Shown: in pieces, positions 38,983 through 52,172 of the stretch | Position numbering within the stretch: the first letter of the stretch is position 1 | Layout: each line of letters opens with the position of its first letter | Source: Candidatus Velesiimonas alkalicola | GTDB taxonomy: Bacteria; Omnitrophota; Gorgyraeia; Velesiimonadales; Velesiimonadaceae | Direction: 5' to 3' | Assembly (NCBI GenBank): GCA_013626165.1 | Contig: NDHX01000008.1 | Span: forward strand, 3,316 to 67,315 | DNA: 64,000 bases | The notes under the pieces: generated by a model | Database searches by the model: none | What the model saw: only the letters and a program-made list of their open reading frames with translations | Told to the model about the DNA's origin: nothing | Program-made: the position numbers and the translations under genes

Positions 38983-39879
38983 ATGATAAAAAAACGAAAA
39001 ACCGAACGGTTTACCGGTTCAATGGTTGCAATTGTTACACCATTTTATCAAGGTAAGGTAGACAGGAAAACTCTTGAAAAACTTGTAGAATTTCAAGTAC
39101 AAAACAACACATCAGGCATAGTGCCCTGTGGAACAACGGGTGAATCTCCCACACTTGATATGGAAGAGCATAAAATGGTAAATGAAATTGTCATCCAAAA
39201 AGTAAGAGGAAGAATACCTGTTATTGCAGGCACCGGTTCTAATAATACCAGAGAGGCAATAGAATTGACACATCATGCAAAACAAAGCGGGGCGGATGCT
39301 GTTCTTCTTGTTGCTCCATACTATAACAGGCCAACACAGGCAGGGCTTTATGAGCATTTTAAGGTAATATCCAAAGCGGTTAATATCCCTGGGATTATTT
39401 ATAATATTCCATCAAGAACAGGTGTAAATATAGAGCCTGACACAATGGCTAAAATTGCAGACTTAAAAAATGTAATTGGTATAAAAGAGGCAAGTGGAAA
39501 TCTTGATCAGATGTCAAGAATAATTGCAGCCTGTCCTGAGGATTTTATTCTTCTTTCTGGTGACGACTGTCTTACGCTTCCGGTTCTTTCTATCGGCGGG
39601 AAAGGAGTAATTTCTGTTGCCGCAAATATTGTTCCAAAAGATATTTCAGAGATGATAGATGCATTTAGTAAACAGGATATAGAGAAGGCAAGGAGGCTCC
39701 ACTACCGGCTTCTTCCGCTTTTAAAAGTACTTTTTATTGAGACAAATCCGGTGCCTGTAAAGACTGCAATGGTTCTTATGGGGCTTATAAAAGAAGGAAT
39801 AAGACTTCCTCTTACAAGAATGAGTGAGCAAAATTTTGCTAAACTAAAAGAAACGCTTCACAAGTATGGGTTGATATAA
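38983..39879 (+). CDS. dapA: 4-hydroxy-tetrahydrodipicolinate synthase
   Basis: GTTGESPTL, PYYN.P, YNIP.RTG, GIKEA, SGDD, NPVPVK. Confidence 0.96.
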   Translation: MIKKRKTERFTGSMVAIVTPFYQGKVDRKTLEKLVEFQVQNNTSGIVPCGTTGESPTLDMEEHKMVNEIVIQKVRGRIPVIAGTGSNNTREAIELTHHAKQSGADAVLLVAPYYNRPTQAGLYEHFKVISKAVNIPGIIYNIPSRTGVNIEPDTMAKIADLKNVIGIKEASGNLDQMSRIIAACPEDFILLSGDDCLTLPVLSIGGKGVISVAANIVPKDISEMIDAFSKQDIEKARRLHYRLLPLLKVLFIETNPVPVKTAMVLMGLIKEGIRLPLTRMSEQNFAKLKETLHKYGLI

Positions 39880-39970
39880 AAAAGCCGTTGTTCGTGTACT
39901 GTATTCCGTTAAAAAAATAGACAACAGACAACGATATACGGGCGGCGGAATACGGACGATGGGGGGAAAG

Positions 39971-40777
39971 ATGGATGGTAAAACTAAGATAGCAGTTGCA
40001 GGTTGCAGCGGAAAGATGGGAAGGGCAGTACTTAAAGTAGCATTTAATACTCCTGATATAGAAGTTGTTGGGGCGTTTGAGTGTGTGGGCCATCAGGATA
40101 TCGGTAAAGACGTGGGTGCACTGGTGGGTGTTGGCGAAAAAAAGATTAAAGTTACAGATAGATGTCTATCCTCTATACAAACCGCAGACTGTCTTATAGA
40201 CTTTACAAGCCCTTCTTCAACTGCCCAAAATGTCCAAGATGCAGTAAGTTTAAGGATTGCTATGGTTATCGGAACAACCGGTCTGCAAGAACACCAGATG
40301 CAAGAGATAATATCCGCTTCATCAAAAATCCCCATAGTTTTAAGTCCCAATATGAGCGTGGGCGTGAACCTGCTTTTTAAGATAACAGGTGATGTTGCGA
40401 AAAAACTTTTAAAGTACGATGTTGAAATTATTGAGGTGCATCACAATATGAAAAAAGATGCACCAAGCGGGACAGCATTGCGTATAGCGGAAAATATAGC
40501 AAAAGCAAGACAGCAAAAACTTGAAAAAGATGTTATATACGGAAGAAAAGGCGCTATGGGGGAGCGTCCAGAAATGCAGATAGGAATTCATTCTGTAAGA
40601 GCCGGAGATGTGATTGGTGAACATACTGTGATATTTGCAGGTCCGGGAGAAAGGCTTGAGTTTATTCATAAGGCACACTCAAGGGATACATTTGCCGCAG
40701 GCGCTATTTATGCAGCAAAATTTATTATTACACAAAAACCAGGCATTTATGAAATGAGTGATGTATTGGGCACATAA
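39971..40777 (+). CDS. dapB: 4-hydroxy-tetrahydrodipicolinate reductase
   Basis: G.SGKMG, DFT, GTTG, PNMS.G, E.HH..K.DAPSGTA. Confidence 0.96.
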   Translation: MDGKTKIAVAGCSGKMGRAVLKVAFNTPDIEVVGAFECVGHQDIGKDVGALVGVGEKKIKVTDRCLSSIQTADCLIDFTSPSSTAQNVQDAVSLRIAMVIGTTGLQEHQMQEIISASSKIPIVLSPNMSVGVNLLFKITGDVAKKLLKYDVEIIEVHHNMKKDAPSGTALRIAENIAKARQQKLEKDVIYGRKGAMGERPEMQIGIHSVRAGDVIGEHTVIFAGPGERLEFIHKAHSRDTFAAGAIYAAKFIITQKPGIYEMSDVLGT

Positions 40778-40876
40778 AACAAGGCAACTGGTGCTCTGGT
40801 GCTCTGCCTGTCTGCGTGCTGTAGCACAGCACAGGCAGGGTGCCTGGTGCACTGGTGCTCTTATAAGAGAAAGATT

Positions 40877-42040
40877 ATGATACCAGATGTTTCTGAGAGA
40901 CTAAAGAAGATTCCTCCATATCTTTTTGCAAGCATTGACAGGTTAAAAAGAGAGGCTATAAAGGCCGGAAAAGATATTATAGACCTTGGAGTTGGAGATC
41001 CTGATACGCCAACACCTCAAAATGTTATAGACAGGCTTTTGCAGGCGGCAAAAAATCCCGCCCATCACAGGTATGCGCTTGACCAGGGTATGCCGCTTTT
41101 GAGGATAGCAATTTCAAGGTGGTATGAAAAAAGATTTGGTGTTGTATTGGATCCAGATAAAGAAATACTTCCTCTTATAGGTTCTAAAGAGGGTATTGCC
41201 CACATACCGCTTGCGTTTATAAATCCAAATGATGAGGTTCTTGTTCCGGACCCCTGTTATCCTCCATATAAAAGCGGAACAATACTTGCAGAAGGAAAAG
41301 TTAGAATTATGTCTCTTCTTGAAAGCAATGCCTTTCTTCCTGATATAAATGAAGTGAAAAAACAAGGGCTCAACAGGGTAAAGATGATGTTTTTAAATTA
41401 TCCCAATAATCCAACAGGTGCGGTAGCAGATAAAGTGTTTTTTGAAGAAGTAGTGGAATTTGCCATAAAAAACAATATCCTTGTATGCCATGATGCCGCA
41501 TATTCAGAAATAGCATTTGACGGATACAAGCCTGTTAGTTTTCTTTCTATCCCGAACGCAAAAGAGATTGGGGTTGAGTTTCATTCGCTTTCAAAAACCT
41601 GTAATATGAGTGGTTGGAGGATTGGGTGGGTTTGTGGAAATTCAAAGGCTATCCTTGCGCTTGGCAGGGTTAAATCAAATATAGATTCCGGTATATTTCA
41701 AGCAATCCAGGAGGCAGGTATAGAGGCATTGAACATTCCTGATGGATTTTTGAAAAACCTAAATTTAATGTATCAGGAAAGAAGGGATGTTCTTGTGGAA
41801 GGCTTAAAACAGATTGGATGGAATGTAAAAAAACAAAAGGCAACATTTTATGTGTGGATACCTGTTCCACCAGGACATACATCTTCAGAGATGTCTACAA
41901 CCCTTCTTGAAAAAGCAAACATAGTTGTTGCCCCGGGGACAGGATTTGGGCCCAACGGAGAAGGATACATAAGGATTGCACTTACAGTTGATAAAAATAG
42001 AATTAAAGAAGCGGTGGAAAGAATAGCCAGAATAAAATAA
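40877..42040 (+). CDS. dapL: LL-diaminopimelate aminotransferase
   Basis: PPYLFA, LGVGDPD, GSKEG, NYPNNPTG, D.AY.E, SLSK..NM.GWR; located in the dap operon. Confidence 0.88.
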   Translation: MIPDVSERLKKIPPYLFASIDRLKREAIKAGKDIIDLGVGDPDTPTPQNVIDRLLQAAKNPAHHRYALDQGMPLLRIAISRWYEKRFGVVLDPDKEILPLIGSKEGIAHIPLAFINPNDEVLVPDPCYPPYKSGTILAEGKVRIMSLLESNAFLPDINEVKKQGLNRVKMMFLNYPNNPTGAVADKVFFEEVVEFAIKNNILVCHDAAYSEIAFDGYKPVSFLSIPNAKEIGVEFHSLSKTCNMSGWRIGWVCGNSKAILALGRVKSNIDSGIFQAIQEAGIEALNIPDGFLKNLNLMYQERRDVLVEGLKQIGWNVKKQKATFYVWIPVPPGHTSSEMSTTLLEKANIVVAPGTGFGPNGEGYIRIALTVDKNRIKEAVERIARIK

Positions 42041-42106
42041 AAATGTTCGTAAAACCCGTATTCCGTCACTTGCATATCGTAAAAGATACGGAATACGAAA
42101 ATAAAG

Positions 42107-42514
42107 ATGGAAAAATACTGGAATGAAAGAGTGTTTATCGGAGTTGGTTCTAATGTCGGGAAAAGAGAACTATTTATTAAAAAGGCCCTTGATTTGATAA
42201 GAAATAACAGACAGATGCGTTTGGTTAAAATTTCAAGTATCATTGAAACAGAACCTGTGGGCTCAAGTAAAAGAAAATTTTTAAATGCTGTTATTGAAAT
42301 AAGAACCATACTTTCCCCTGTTCAATTGTTAAAAAGACTTAAATATTTTGAAAAAATTCTTGGCAGAAAAAACACAGGCCACTGGGGAGCAAGAGAGATT
42401 GATTTAGACATACTTTATTTTGGCAAAAGAAAAATAAATACCTCGTCCCTGCGGGTTCCTCATCCTTTCATACAGGAAAGGGATTTTGTCCAAATCCTGC
42501 TTTCGGAATTTTAA
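42107..42514 (+). CDS. folK: HPPK (folate pyrophosphokinase)
   Basis: GSN.G, ETEP.G, FLNAV, WGAREIDLDIL, PHP...ER.FV. Confidence 0.93.
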   Translation: MEKYWNERVFIGVGSNVGKRELFIKKALDLIRNNRQMRLVKISSIIETEPVGSSKRKFLNAVIEIRTILSPVQLLKRLKYFEKILGRKNTGHWGAREIDLDILYFGKRKINTSSLRVPHPFIQERDFVQILLSEF

Positions 42515-42519
42515 AAATT

Positions 42520-44244
42520 ATGGATATTTTCAGATATAACATATCATTGGTATTGTCAGAGATTCTTCATCTGCCCTCACAGGATATTGATGGTCTTATT
42601 GAGATTCCTCCGGAGGAGCATTTGGGGGATTATGCGCTTCCCTGTTTTCGTTTAGGTTCTGTTCTTAAACAATCTCCTCAGAAGATTGCAACCGATATTG
42701 CGTCAAATATAGCGCAGATAGATTTTGTTAAAGAGGTTAAAACAAGCGGTGGATATGTTAATTTTTTTCTTAACACAGAGATTTTTATATCAAGGGCACT
42801 GAATCAGATAGAGAAAGGTGGGTTTGGAAAATCAGAACAGGGCAGGGGAAAAACAGTGGTGATAGATTTCTCATCGCCCAACATCGCCAAGCCTTTTAGT
42901 GTAGGACATTTAAGGTCAACCGTTATCGGGAATTCCCTTTCTCGTATATATGAATATCTCGGATATAATGTGATAAAAATAAATCATCTGGGAGACTGGG
43001 GAACACAGTTTGGAAAAATTATCGTTGCGTTTGAAAAATGGGGGAAACAGGAACTTCTTGATTCAGATGACCCTGTAAAATATCTTGTTGAATTATATGT
43101 CAGATTCCATGAAGAATCAAAAAAGGACACTTCTTTAGAAGAAATTGCAAGGACAAGGTTTAAGGAACTTGAAGAAGGCAAGAAGGGTGTTGTTTTATTA
43201 TGGGAAAAATTTAAAGTCATTAGCTTAAAAGAGTTTCAGAGGATTTATGATATATTAGGTGTCCAATTTAACTCTGTAACAGGCGAAAGTTTTTATAATA
43301 CTGGAACAGAAGATTTTATAAAAAGAATAAGTTCCATGGGTTTGACAAAAGAAAGTCAGGGTGCACTGATAGTGGACCTTGAAAGATTTGGTATGCCGCC
43401 TCTTTTGTTAAGAAAAAGCGATGAAGCGACACTCTATGCAACAAGAGATCTTGTGTGTGCAATATATAGATACGAAAAGTATAGATTTGACAAAATGCTT
43501 TATGTTGTCGGGCAGGACCAGAGGCTTCATTTTAAACAGGTATTTCAGGTTCTTAAAATGATGGGCCATTCTTGGGCTGACAGGTGTTTCCATATTGATT
43601 TTGGTATGATAAGGTCCGGGGGTGAGAAGATGTCAACAAGAAGAGGCAGGGTTGTGCTTCTTGAAGATGTTCTTACTCTTTCAAACAATTATGTGGGTAT
43701 TATAATGAAAGACAGACCATTTTCTGAAACAGCAAAACAGACCATTGCAAGAAATGTCGGCGTTGCAGCAGTTATATTTTCTGATTTAAAAAATAAAAGA
43801 ATAAAAGATATAGACTTTGATATTGAGAAGGCACTTTCATATAACCCGCAAGATCAGACTTTTAAAGGACAGACAGGCCCTTATCTTCAATACATCAACG
43901 CAAGGCTTTCCAGCCTTTTAAAAAGATATGGAAAGCCGATTGAAAAAGATGTGACTCTACAACCCTTGAAAGACGAGCAGGAATTCAAGGTTGTAAGGGC
44001 CTTATACCGTTATCCTGAAATTGTTATAAATGCCGCAAATTCAAATGAACCCTCAATGATAGCAGATTATCTTCTTGATGTTGCAAGTCTTTTTTCAACA
44101 TATTATCAGGATAAAAACAAACACAAGATAATATCGGATAACGAACCCTTAAGCAGCGCAAGAATAAGAATGTGTTCAGGTGTAAAAGATGTATTATTGA
44201 GCGGTTTTTATCTTCTTGGAATAAATGCTGTTGAGGAGATGTAA
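42520..44244 (+). CDS. argS: Arginine--tRNA ligase
   Basis: FSSPNIAKPFSVGHLRST, NHLGDWGTQFG, KMSTRRG, GPYLQY. Confidence 0.96.
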   Translation: MDIFRYNISLVLSEILHLPSQDIDGLIEIPPEEHLGDYALPCFRLGSVLKQSPQKIATDIASNIAQIDFVKEVKTSGGYVNFFLNTEIFISRALNQIEKGGFGKSEQGRGKTVVIDFSSPNIAKPFSVGHLRSTVIGNSLSRIYEYLGYNVIKINHLGDWGTQFGKIIVAFEKWGKQELLDSDDPVKYLVELYVRFHEESKKDTSLEEIARTRFKELEEGKKGVVLLWEKFKVISLKEFQRIYDILGVQFNSVTGESFYNTGTEDFIKRISSMGLTKESQGALIVDLERFGMPPLLLRKSDEATLYATRDLVCAIYRYEKYRFDKMLYVVGQDQRLHFKQVFQVLKMMGHSWADRCFHIDFGMIRSGGEKMSTRRGRVVLLEDVLTLSNNYVGIIMKDRPFSETAKQTIARNVGVAAVIFSDLKNKRIKDIDFDIEKALSYNPQDQTFKGQTGPYLQYINARLSSLLKRYGKPIEKDVTLQPLKDEQEFKVVRALYRYPEIVINAANSNEPSMIADYLLDVASLFSTYYQDKNKHKIISDNEPLSSARIRMCSGVKDVLLSGFYLLGINAVEEM

Positions 44245-44422
44245 TGGTGTGCAGTTCTATAATTAAGATAGCATGTATGATGAATTATTAAAAGGCATAC
44301 TGCTTGGGGGTTGTTAAGGGGTGAGAGCGAACAGAGTGAGCATCAGAGGGGTGAGAGCCCCTATGAAATGCTCCTTTCTGAAAAGCGTCTGTAAAACAAA
44401 AATTTAAAGAACGGAGCAATAG

Positions 44423-45721
44423 ATGGATTATCACATTTATACAACATATTCAAAAGATGCAGACCCTACAATGAACCTTGAAGGTATTGTAGAAAAAGGA
44501 TGTGAATTGGGATATGCCTCAATTGGTGTATGCGAGCATATTTTTGACAGGGGTGAAGTAGAAGTATATGAGACAATTAAACAAGAGCTCAACAGCCTAA
44601 AAAAGGAATTAAAAGTATACAGTGGAATAGAAGTAGTACTGCAGGGGCCGCGGGGCGATCTGCCGTTGGATGAAGAAACCTGCAGGATGTTGGACCCTGA
44701 TTATGTGCTTGGAGCGGTGCACGGGTCATATGTAAGCAGTTATGATAGGGAACTTATTATTGCTCGCCATCATGCGCTTCTTTGCAAACTTGCAAGAGAA
44801 AAGTGTATAGATGTTATAGCACATCCCTGGTGGTTTCCTCCTAAGGAGTTTCAACACAGAAGGTTTCCAAAATTTGATGACTTTTCAGTTGTTCCAGGTA
44901 TGGCACATAATGACCTGGCAAGTATTTGTGTAGGAAATAAAACAGCCATAGAAGCAAATGCCGAGCTTATAATTTTTTCAGAATATTATCCTAAAGAGTT
45001 TATTGAACAATACATAAACTATTTAAAATTTATGGCAGACAAATCAGTTCCTATATGTATAGGTTCAGGTGCGCATACAATAACAGCCATAGACAAGGGC
45101 AAACATCTGATAAAAAGACTAAAGATGGCCGGAATTTCAGAGGGGTGTTTCTGGGATCCTGCAATGGGGAAAAATTCAAGGGAAAAAAGAAAGAAAGCGC
45201 TAAAACAAGGAAACGGCAACATTGTGCTTGTAGGATTTATGGGCGCCGGCAAAACAGAGGTTGGGAAATCTCTTTCACGACATCTGGGTATGAAATTTAT
45301 GGATATGGATCTGGTAATAGAAGGCAGAGAAGGAAGAACAATAAAAGAAATATTTGAACAGGATGGAGAAAACTTTTTTAGAGTAGTTGAATCTGAAGTC
45401 TGTCAAGAAGTTCCGGAAAGCGAAAACTCTGTAATTGCAACAGGGGGAGGAGTTGTATTAAAAAGACAGAATATGTATCACTTAAAAACAAATTCAGTTG
45501 TCATACACCTTTCGGTTGATATTGAAGATGTCTTGAAAAGAACATCAGAGCAGACAGACAGACCACTTCTTAATGTGCCTGATGTCAGAAAAGAAATTGA
45601 AAAACTTATCTTGTTAAGAAAACCTTACTACAATCAGGCAGACTGGACAGTTTCAACAAAGGATAAGAAACCCTCTGATATTGCAGATGAAATAATAAAA
45701 ACAGTGGGGTTAGAGTCTTGA
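44423..45721 (+). CDS. aroK: Degenerate PHP domain fused to shikimate kinase
   Basis: N-terminal DYHIYT, CEH, GIE, AHP, GSGAH; C-terminal NIVLVGFMGAGKT, GE..FR..E, ATGGG, RPLL, R...Y. Confidence 0.8.
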   Translation: MDYHIYTTYSKDADPTMNLEGIVEKGCELGYASIGVCEHIFDRGEVEVYETIKQELNSLKKELKVYSGIEVVLQGPRGDLPLDEETCRMLDPDYVLGAVHGSYVSSYDRELIIARHHALLCKLAREKCIDVIAHPWWFPPKEFQHRRFPKFDDFSVVPGMAHNDLASICVGNKTAIEANAELIIFSEYYPKEFIEQYINYLKFMADKSVPICIGSGAHTITAIDKGKHLIKRLKMAGISEGCFWDPAMGKNSREKRKKALKQGNGNIVLVGFMGAGKTEVGKSLSRHLGMKFMDMDLVIEGREGRTIKEIFEQDGENFFRVVESEVCQEVPESENSVIATGGGVVLKRQNMYHLKTNSVVIHLSVDIEDVLKRTSEQTDRPLLNVPDVRKEIEKLILLRKPYYNQADWTVSTKDKKPSDIADEIIKTVGLES

Positions 45722-46779
45722 AAGACGATACAAGATACTATCTTCTTCTTTCTCTTGTGGAAGGACTGGGGGCAGTTGGTATTTCAAAACTTATAGAGAG
45801 GTTTGGTTCGGCGAAAGAAGCCTTTGATGCAAAAAAAATTCAATCCTCTGATATTTTTAAAAAAGCAGACCAGATAGTTTTCACATCAAGAAAGAAAGGT
45901 ATAGATATAATCTCGTTGTCGGACCTTCAATACCCTGGTTTTCTTAAAACTATTCCGGACCCTCCTCCTGTGCTGTATACCCTTGGTAATCTTGAAGGCG
46001 ATGTTGCAAGGATTGCAATAGTTGGCTCAAGAAGTTCCACATACCATTCACTAAATATTGCAGAAACCATCTCTTCAGGGCTCGGCGGTGCCGGAATTAC
46101 TATTGTTTCAGGATTTGCAAGGGGTGTTGACACAGCAGCACATAGAGGAGCAGTACTGTGTTCATCAAAAGGTGGAGGAAGAACAATTGCGGTTATGGGA
46201 TGCGGGGTTGATATTATATACCCGGAAGAAAATAAAAAACTTTATGAGGATATTATAAAAAAAGGAGCCATTATCTCAGAGTTCCCGCCTCAAACCCCTC
46301 CTTTTAAGACAAACTTTCCAAAAAGAAATCGTATAATAAGCGGGCTTTGTCTTGCAGTAGTGGTTGTTCAGGCAACAAGATACTCAGGTGCTCTTATTAC
46401 CGCCAGACTTGCACTTGAGCAGGGAAGGGAGGTTTTTACTGTCCCGGGTCCGGGAGGTTCTGAACGATACAGAGGCTCAAATGACCTTATAAGACAGGGA
46501 GCAAAGATTGTTGAAAGTGCAACAGATATACTTGAAGAACTTCAACCGGTGCTTAAATCCCATATTTCATACTGGCAAAAAGATGACAAGGAAAACAACA
46601 ATACAGAATATCCGACAGATGACCCTGTATTAAATCTTTTGTCAGAAGAGCCCATCCATATTGATACCATAAGTGAAAAACTTCTTATAGATATCCCGCG
46701 CTTGAGTACAAAACTTTTTGAATTTGAGGTGAAAGGACTTATAAAAAAACTTCCAGGCGGAAAATATATAAAAAAATAA
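45718..46779 (+). CDS. dprA: DNA-protecting protein
   Basis: PPPVLY..G, IVGSR, SGFARGVD, FPKRNRIISG, SGALITA. Confidence 0.95.
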   Translation: MKDDTRYYLLLSLVEGLGAVGISKLIERFGSAKEAFDAKKIQSSDIFKKADQIVFTSRKKGIDIISLSDLQYPGFLKTIPDPPPVLYTLGNLEGDVARIAIVGSRSSTYHSLNIAETISSGLGGAGITIVSGFARGVDTAAHRGAVLCSSKGGGRTIAVMGCGVDIIYPEENKKLYEDIIKKGAIISEFPPQTPPFKTNFPKRNRIISGLCLAVVVVQATRYSGALITARLALEQGREVFTVPGPGGSERYRGSNDLIRQGAKIVESATDILEELQPVLKSHISYWQKDDKENNNTEYPTDDPVLNLLSEEPIHIDTISEKLLIDIPRLSTKLFEFEVKGLIKKLPGGKYIKK

Positions 46780-46887
46780 AGTCTGTAAGCTCCAAACCCC
46801 ATTAAGTCCGGTGCTCAAGACCACATGTGGGCGGGTGCGGGCTACCGCAGTATGACGGGGCAGGCCCTGAATCAATCAGAGGCGGAT

Positions 46888-46916
46888 TTGACTTTTGTCC
46901 ATAGTTTTGTTAAAAT
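46888..46916 (+). promoter_or_regulatory. sigma70 promoter of dnaN
   Basis: TTGACT-17 bp-TAAAAT with extended TG. Confidence 0.6.
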
Positions 46917-47055
46917 TAAATATAGAGAACGAGGCTTGTCCCTGTACAAACGGGGATTCAGTGCTTCGGGTACCCTTTGGGTGTGGGATTTGAGATTTGT
47001 TTGGGATTTGTATCTTTTAGATTTTTGATATTTGATTTTTAATTGAGGAGGGGAT

Positions 47056-48216
47056 ATGAGATTTCAAATTAAAAAAGATGTATTATATAAAACAATCAAA
47101 CCTGTGCTAAATGTTGTATCTACAAAAACAACACTACCAATATTATTAAACATTCTTATAGATGTAGAAAAAGACAGGATACACTTTTCATCAACAGACC
47201 TTGATATTGCAATGACAACAACTATTCAAACCTCAAATAGTGAAAATATAAATATAGAAGAAGCAGGCTCTATAACTATTCCCGGAAAAAGAATAGGGGA
47301 GATATTAGATAAATTACCAAATGAAAAAATTGTTTTTTCCTCATTAAAAAACAATATCTTAAGAATGGACTGTCAAAAATGTTTTTTTAGACTTATAGGG
47401 CTCCCCAGAGAGGATTTTCCTAAAATTCCAGTTTTTTCTGAAACTAATAAGATTAAAATAGAACAAAAAAAATTAAAGGAAGCACTCACTTTAACCTCTT
47501 GTGCAACATCACGTGAAACAGAAAGATATGGGTTGAATGGCATATTTTTTGAGTTTATGAAAGATACTATAAGATTTGTTGCAACAGATGGAAGAAGGCT
47601 TGCGTATGTAGATAAAAAAATTACACCAGAAAATAAAATTGAAAAAAATATTACAGTGCCAACAAAAACTATAAATGAAATTCAAAGAATTATAGAAGAA
47701 TCTGGAGATGTAGAAATATCTTTAACAGACAACCAAATATGTTTTTCAACAAACATTGATACTTTCCAATCCGGGGTTTCTATCAATTTAAACCTAATAT
47801 CACGAATCCTTGATGCGCAGTTTCCGGACTATAAACAGGTTATTCCAAAACAGGGAAATAAAAGGATACACCTAAAAACTCAAGAATGGCTGGGCGCACT
47901 AAAAAGAGCGGCACTTTTTACCACAATAGATGACCCTGCAATTAAATTAGATATTATGAAAAATAAACTTGTTATTTCAAAAATAACACCAGATATAGGA
48001 GAAATAAGAGAAGAAATAGACACAAACTATAAGGCAGAAGAGATAAGCATAGGATTTGTTCCTCACTATCTTATAGATGTAGTAAAAAATCTACCCGACG
48101 AAGAGATTGATATAGATATAGTAGACACAGAGGTGGGGAAAGTGTCAGTAGTAAAAATAAAGGACGGACAGGGTATGGATTATTTTCATATGGTCCTTCC
48201 TATTGCATTAGAGTAA
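47056..48216 (+). CDS. dnaN: DNA polymerase III beta clamp
   Basis: LPIL, TDL, DFP, VATDGRRLA, FPDY..VIP. Confidence 0.95.
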   Translation: MRFQIKKDVLYKTIKPVLNVVSTKTTLPILLNILIDVEKDRIHFSSTDLDIAMTTTIQTSNSENINIEEAGSITIPGKRIGEILDKLPNEKIVFSSLKNNILRMDCQKCFFRLIGLPREDFPKIPVFSETNKIKIEQKKLKEALTLTSCATSRETERYGLNGIFFEFMKDTIRFVATDGRRLAYVDKKITPENKIEKNITVPTKTINEIQRIIEESGDVEISLTDNQICFSTNIDTFQSGVSINLNLISRILDAQFPDYKQVIPKQGNKRIHLKTQEWLGALKRAALFTTIDDPAIKLDIMKNKLVISKITPDIGEIREEIDTNYKAEEISIGFVPHYLIDVVKNLPDEEIDIDIVDTEVGKVSVVKIKDGQGMDYFHMVLPIALE

Positions 48217-48221
48217 TTATT

Positions 48222-50926
<2,705 letters not shown>

Positions 50927-51059
50927 ACTCATTTTACAGCCCCCTTGCGCGCCTTCCTGTTCCTCTACTCAGTCAGAGCAAGAGTATGCAGACATTGCAT
51001 CTAATTTAAAATGTTAAGTTTTGTGGATCAATACTAATCTAACATCACTTTCATCTTTT

Positions 51060-52172
51060 TTATTTTTTCATTGTATTGAGCAAGATTTCTTCTATTCTTC
51101 CTCTATTATTAGCCGGATCAATATAAGCATCAATAATCTGTTCATGTGGCAAGGATTCAATTCTTTCATTCATTATATTCAAAACTTTTGTATTAATTTC
51201 TATTGCCTTTTTAACCGGCATTTTCTCAGGATTTATATCAATCCCGAAAAATTCATCATAACCCATCATTTTTAATACATAAAGCAACGCTTCTGCCTGC
51301 TGCCACTCCAGAACGCCAATATTCAAGTCTTGGTCATAATTTCCCAGTGGCTGGCTATTCCAGTGAGTATGCGCAAGCCGTCCCTCCAATCCAACCAATG
51401 AATAAGCTGCGGCGGCATCTTCATAGCCCATCCTGACATGGCCTATTTCCGGGTTAAGTCCAACAAGTGCATACCCTTTATCCAGTAAATCTTTATTCTT
51501 TTTATTTTTCAATTTTTTCTCTATCCTCTCGGCGGCAAGAATACCCTCTGCTGTTGTTCTGTAAACATTATTCGGAGCAGGTTCATAGGGCTTGGGTTCT
51601 ATTGCAATTCTTACACCGGGTAGTTCATCCATCGCTGTTGCAAGTGCATCTTCAAAATTGTTCCACATCCAATAAAATATTGTGCCGAGCGAATAGGTAT
51701 AACCATCAATCCCTGGCCAGGAGATGGCGCATCTTGCACCCGATTCTTTTACAATCTTCAGGCCTTCAACTGCAATTTTAATGGCCTTATCTCTTATTTT
51801 GGGATACGGACTTGAAAGCGCACCAAATTCAAAATCTTTTTCAAAAAAATGTGAAAACCCAACCCCAACTAATTTTATACCTGTATTCTTTTCTAACTGT
51901 TTATAAAGGTCAATATTGTCCCAGTTAACTTCTGCAGGGTAATGAGCCTCTATCCCTTTAACTCCAAATTCTGCCATCTCTTCTGCCATTTTTAGTTTTT
52001 CTTTTATTGTTTTGTTTTCCACATATCTTTCATGAAACCTTCCGCCAGCAGGACAAAAATACCATATACCCACTGAAAATTTTAAATCTAACCTGAAGGC
52101 CTTCATATGCTTTAAAAGAGTTTCTTTACCCCTTACCTTTTTTTGGTACGATAAGTCTTTTAATTTATACAT
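51060..52172 (-). CDS. Xylose isomerase-like TIM-barrel protein
   Basis: W.G.DG, IEPKPYEP, NPE.GH, H.H.N, DQD; adjacent to xylulokinase. Confidence 0.75.
   Translation of the reverse strand: MYKLKDLSYQKKVRGKETLLKHMKAFRLDLKFSVGIWYFCPAGGRFHERYVENKTIKEKLKMAEEMAEFGVKGIEAHYPAEVNWDNIDLYKQLEKNTGIKLVGVGFSHFFEKDFEFGALSSPYPKIRDKAIKIAVEGLKIVKESGARCAISWPGIDGYTYSLGTIFYWMWNNFEDALATAMDELPGVRIAIEPKPYEPAPNNVYRTTAEGILAAERIEKKLKNKKNKDLLDKGYALVGLNPEIGHVRMGYEDAAAAYSLVGLEGRLAHTHWNSQPLGNYDQDLNIGVLEWQQAEALLYVLKMMGYDEFFGIDINPEKMPVKKAIEINTKVLNIMNERIESLPHEQIIDAYIDPANNRGRIEEILLNTMKK

Noticed and set aside
47505-47520. parS inside dnaN (AACATCACGTGAAACA)
   Set aside because: The left arm has four mismatches, so it is only a half site
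50930-51010. tRNA or ncRNA in the GC-richer spacer after gyrB
   Set aside because: No cloverleaf, T-loop or convincing stem was found
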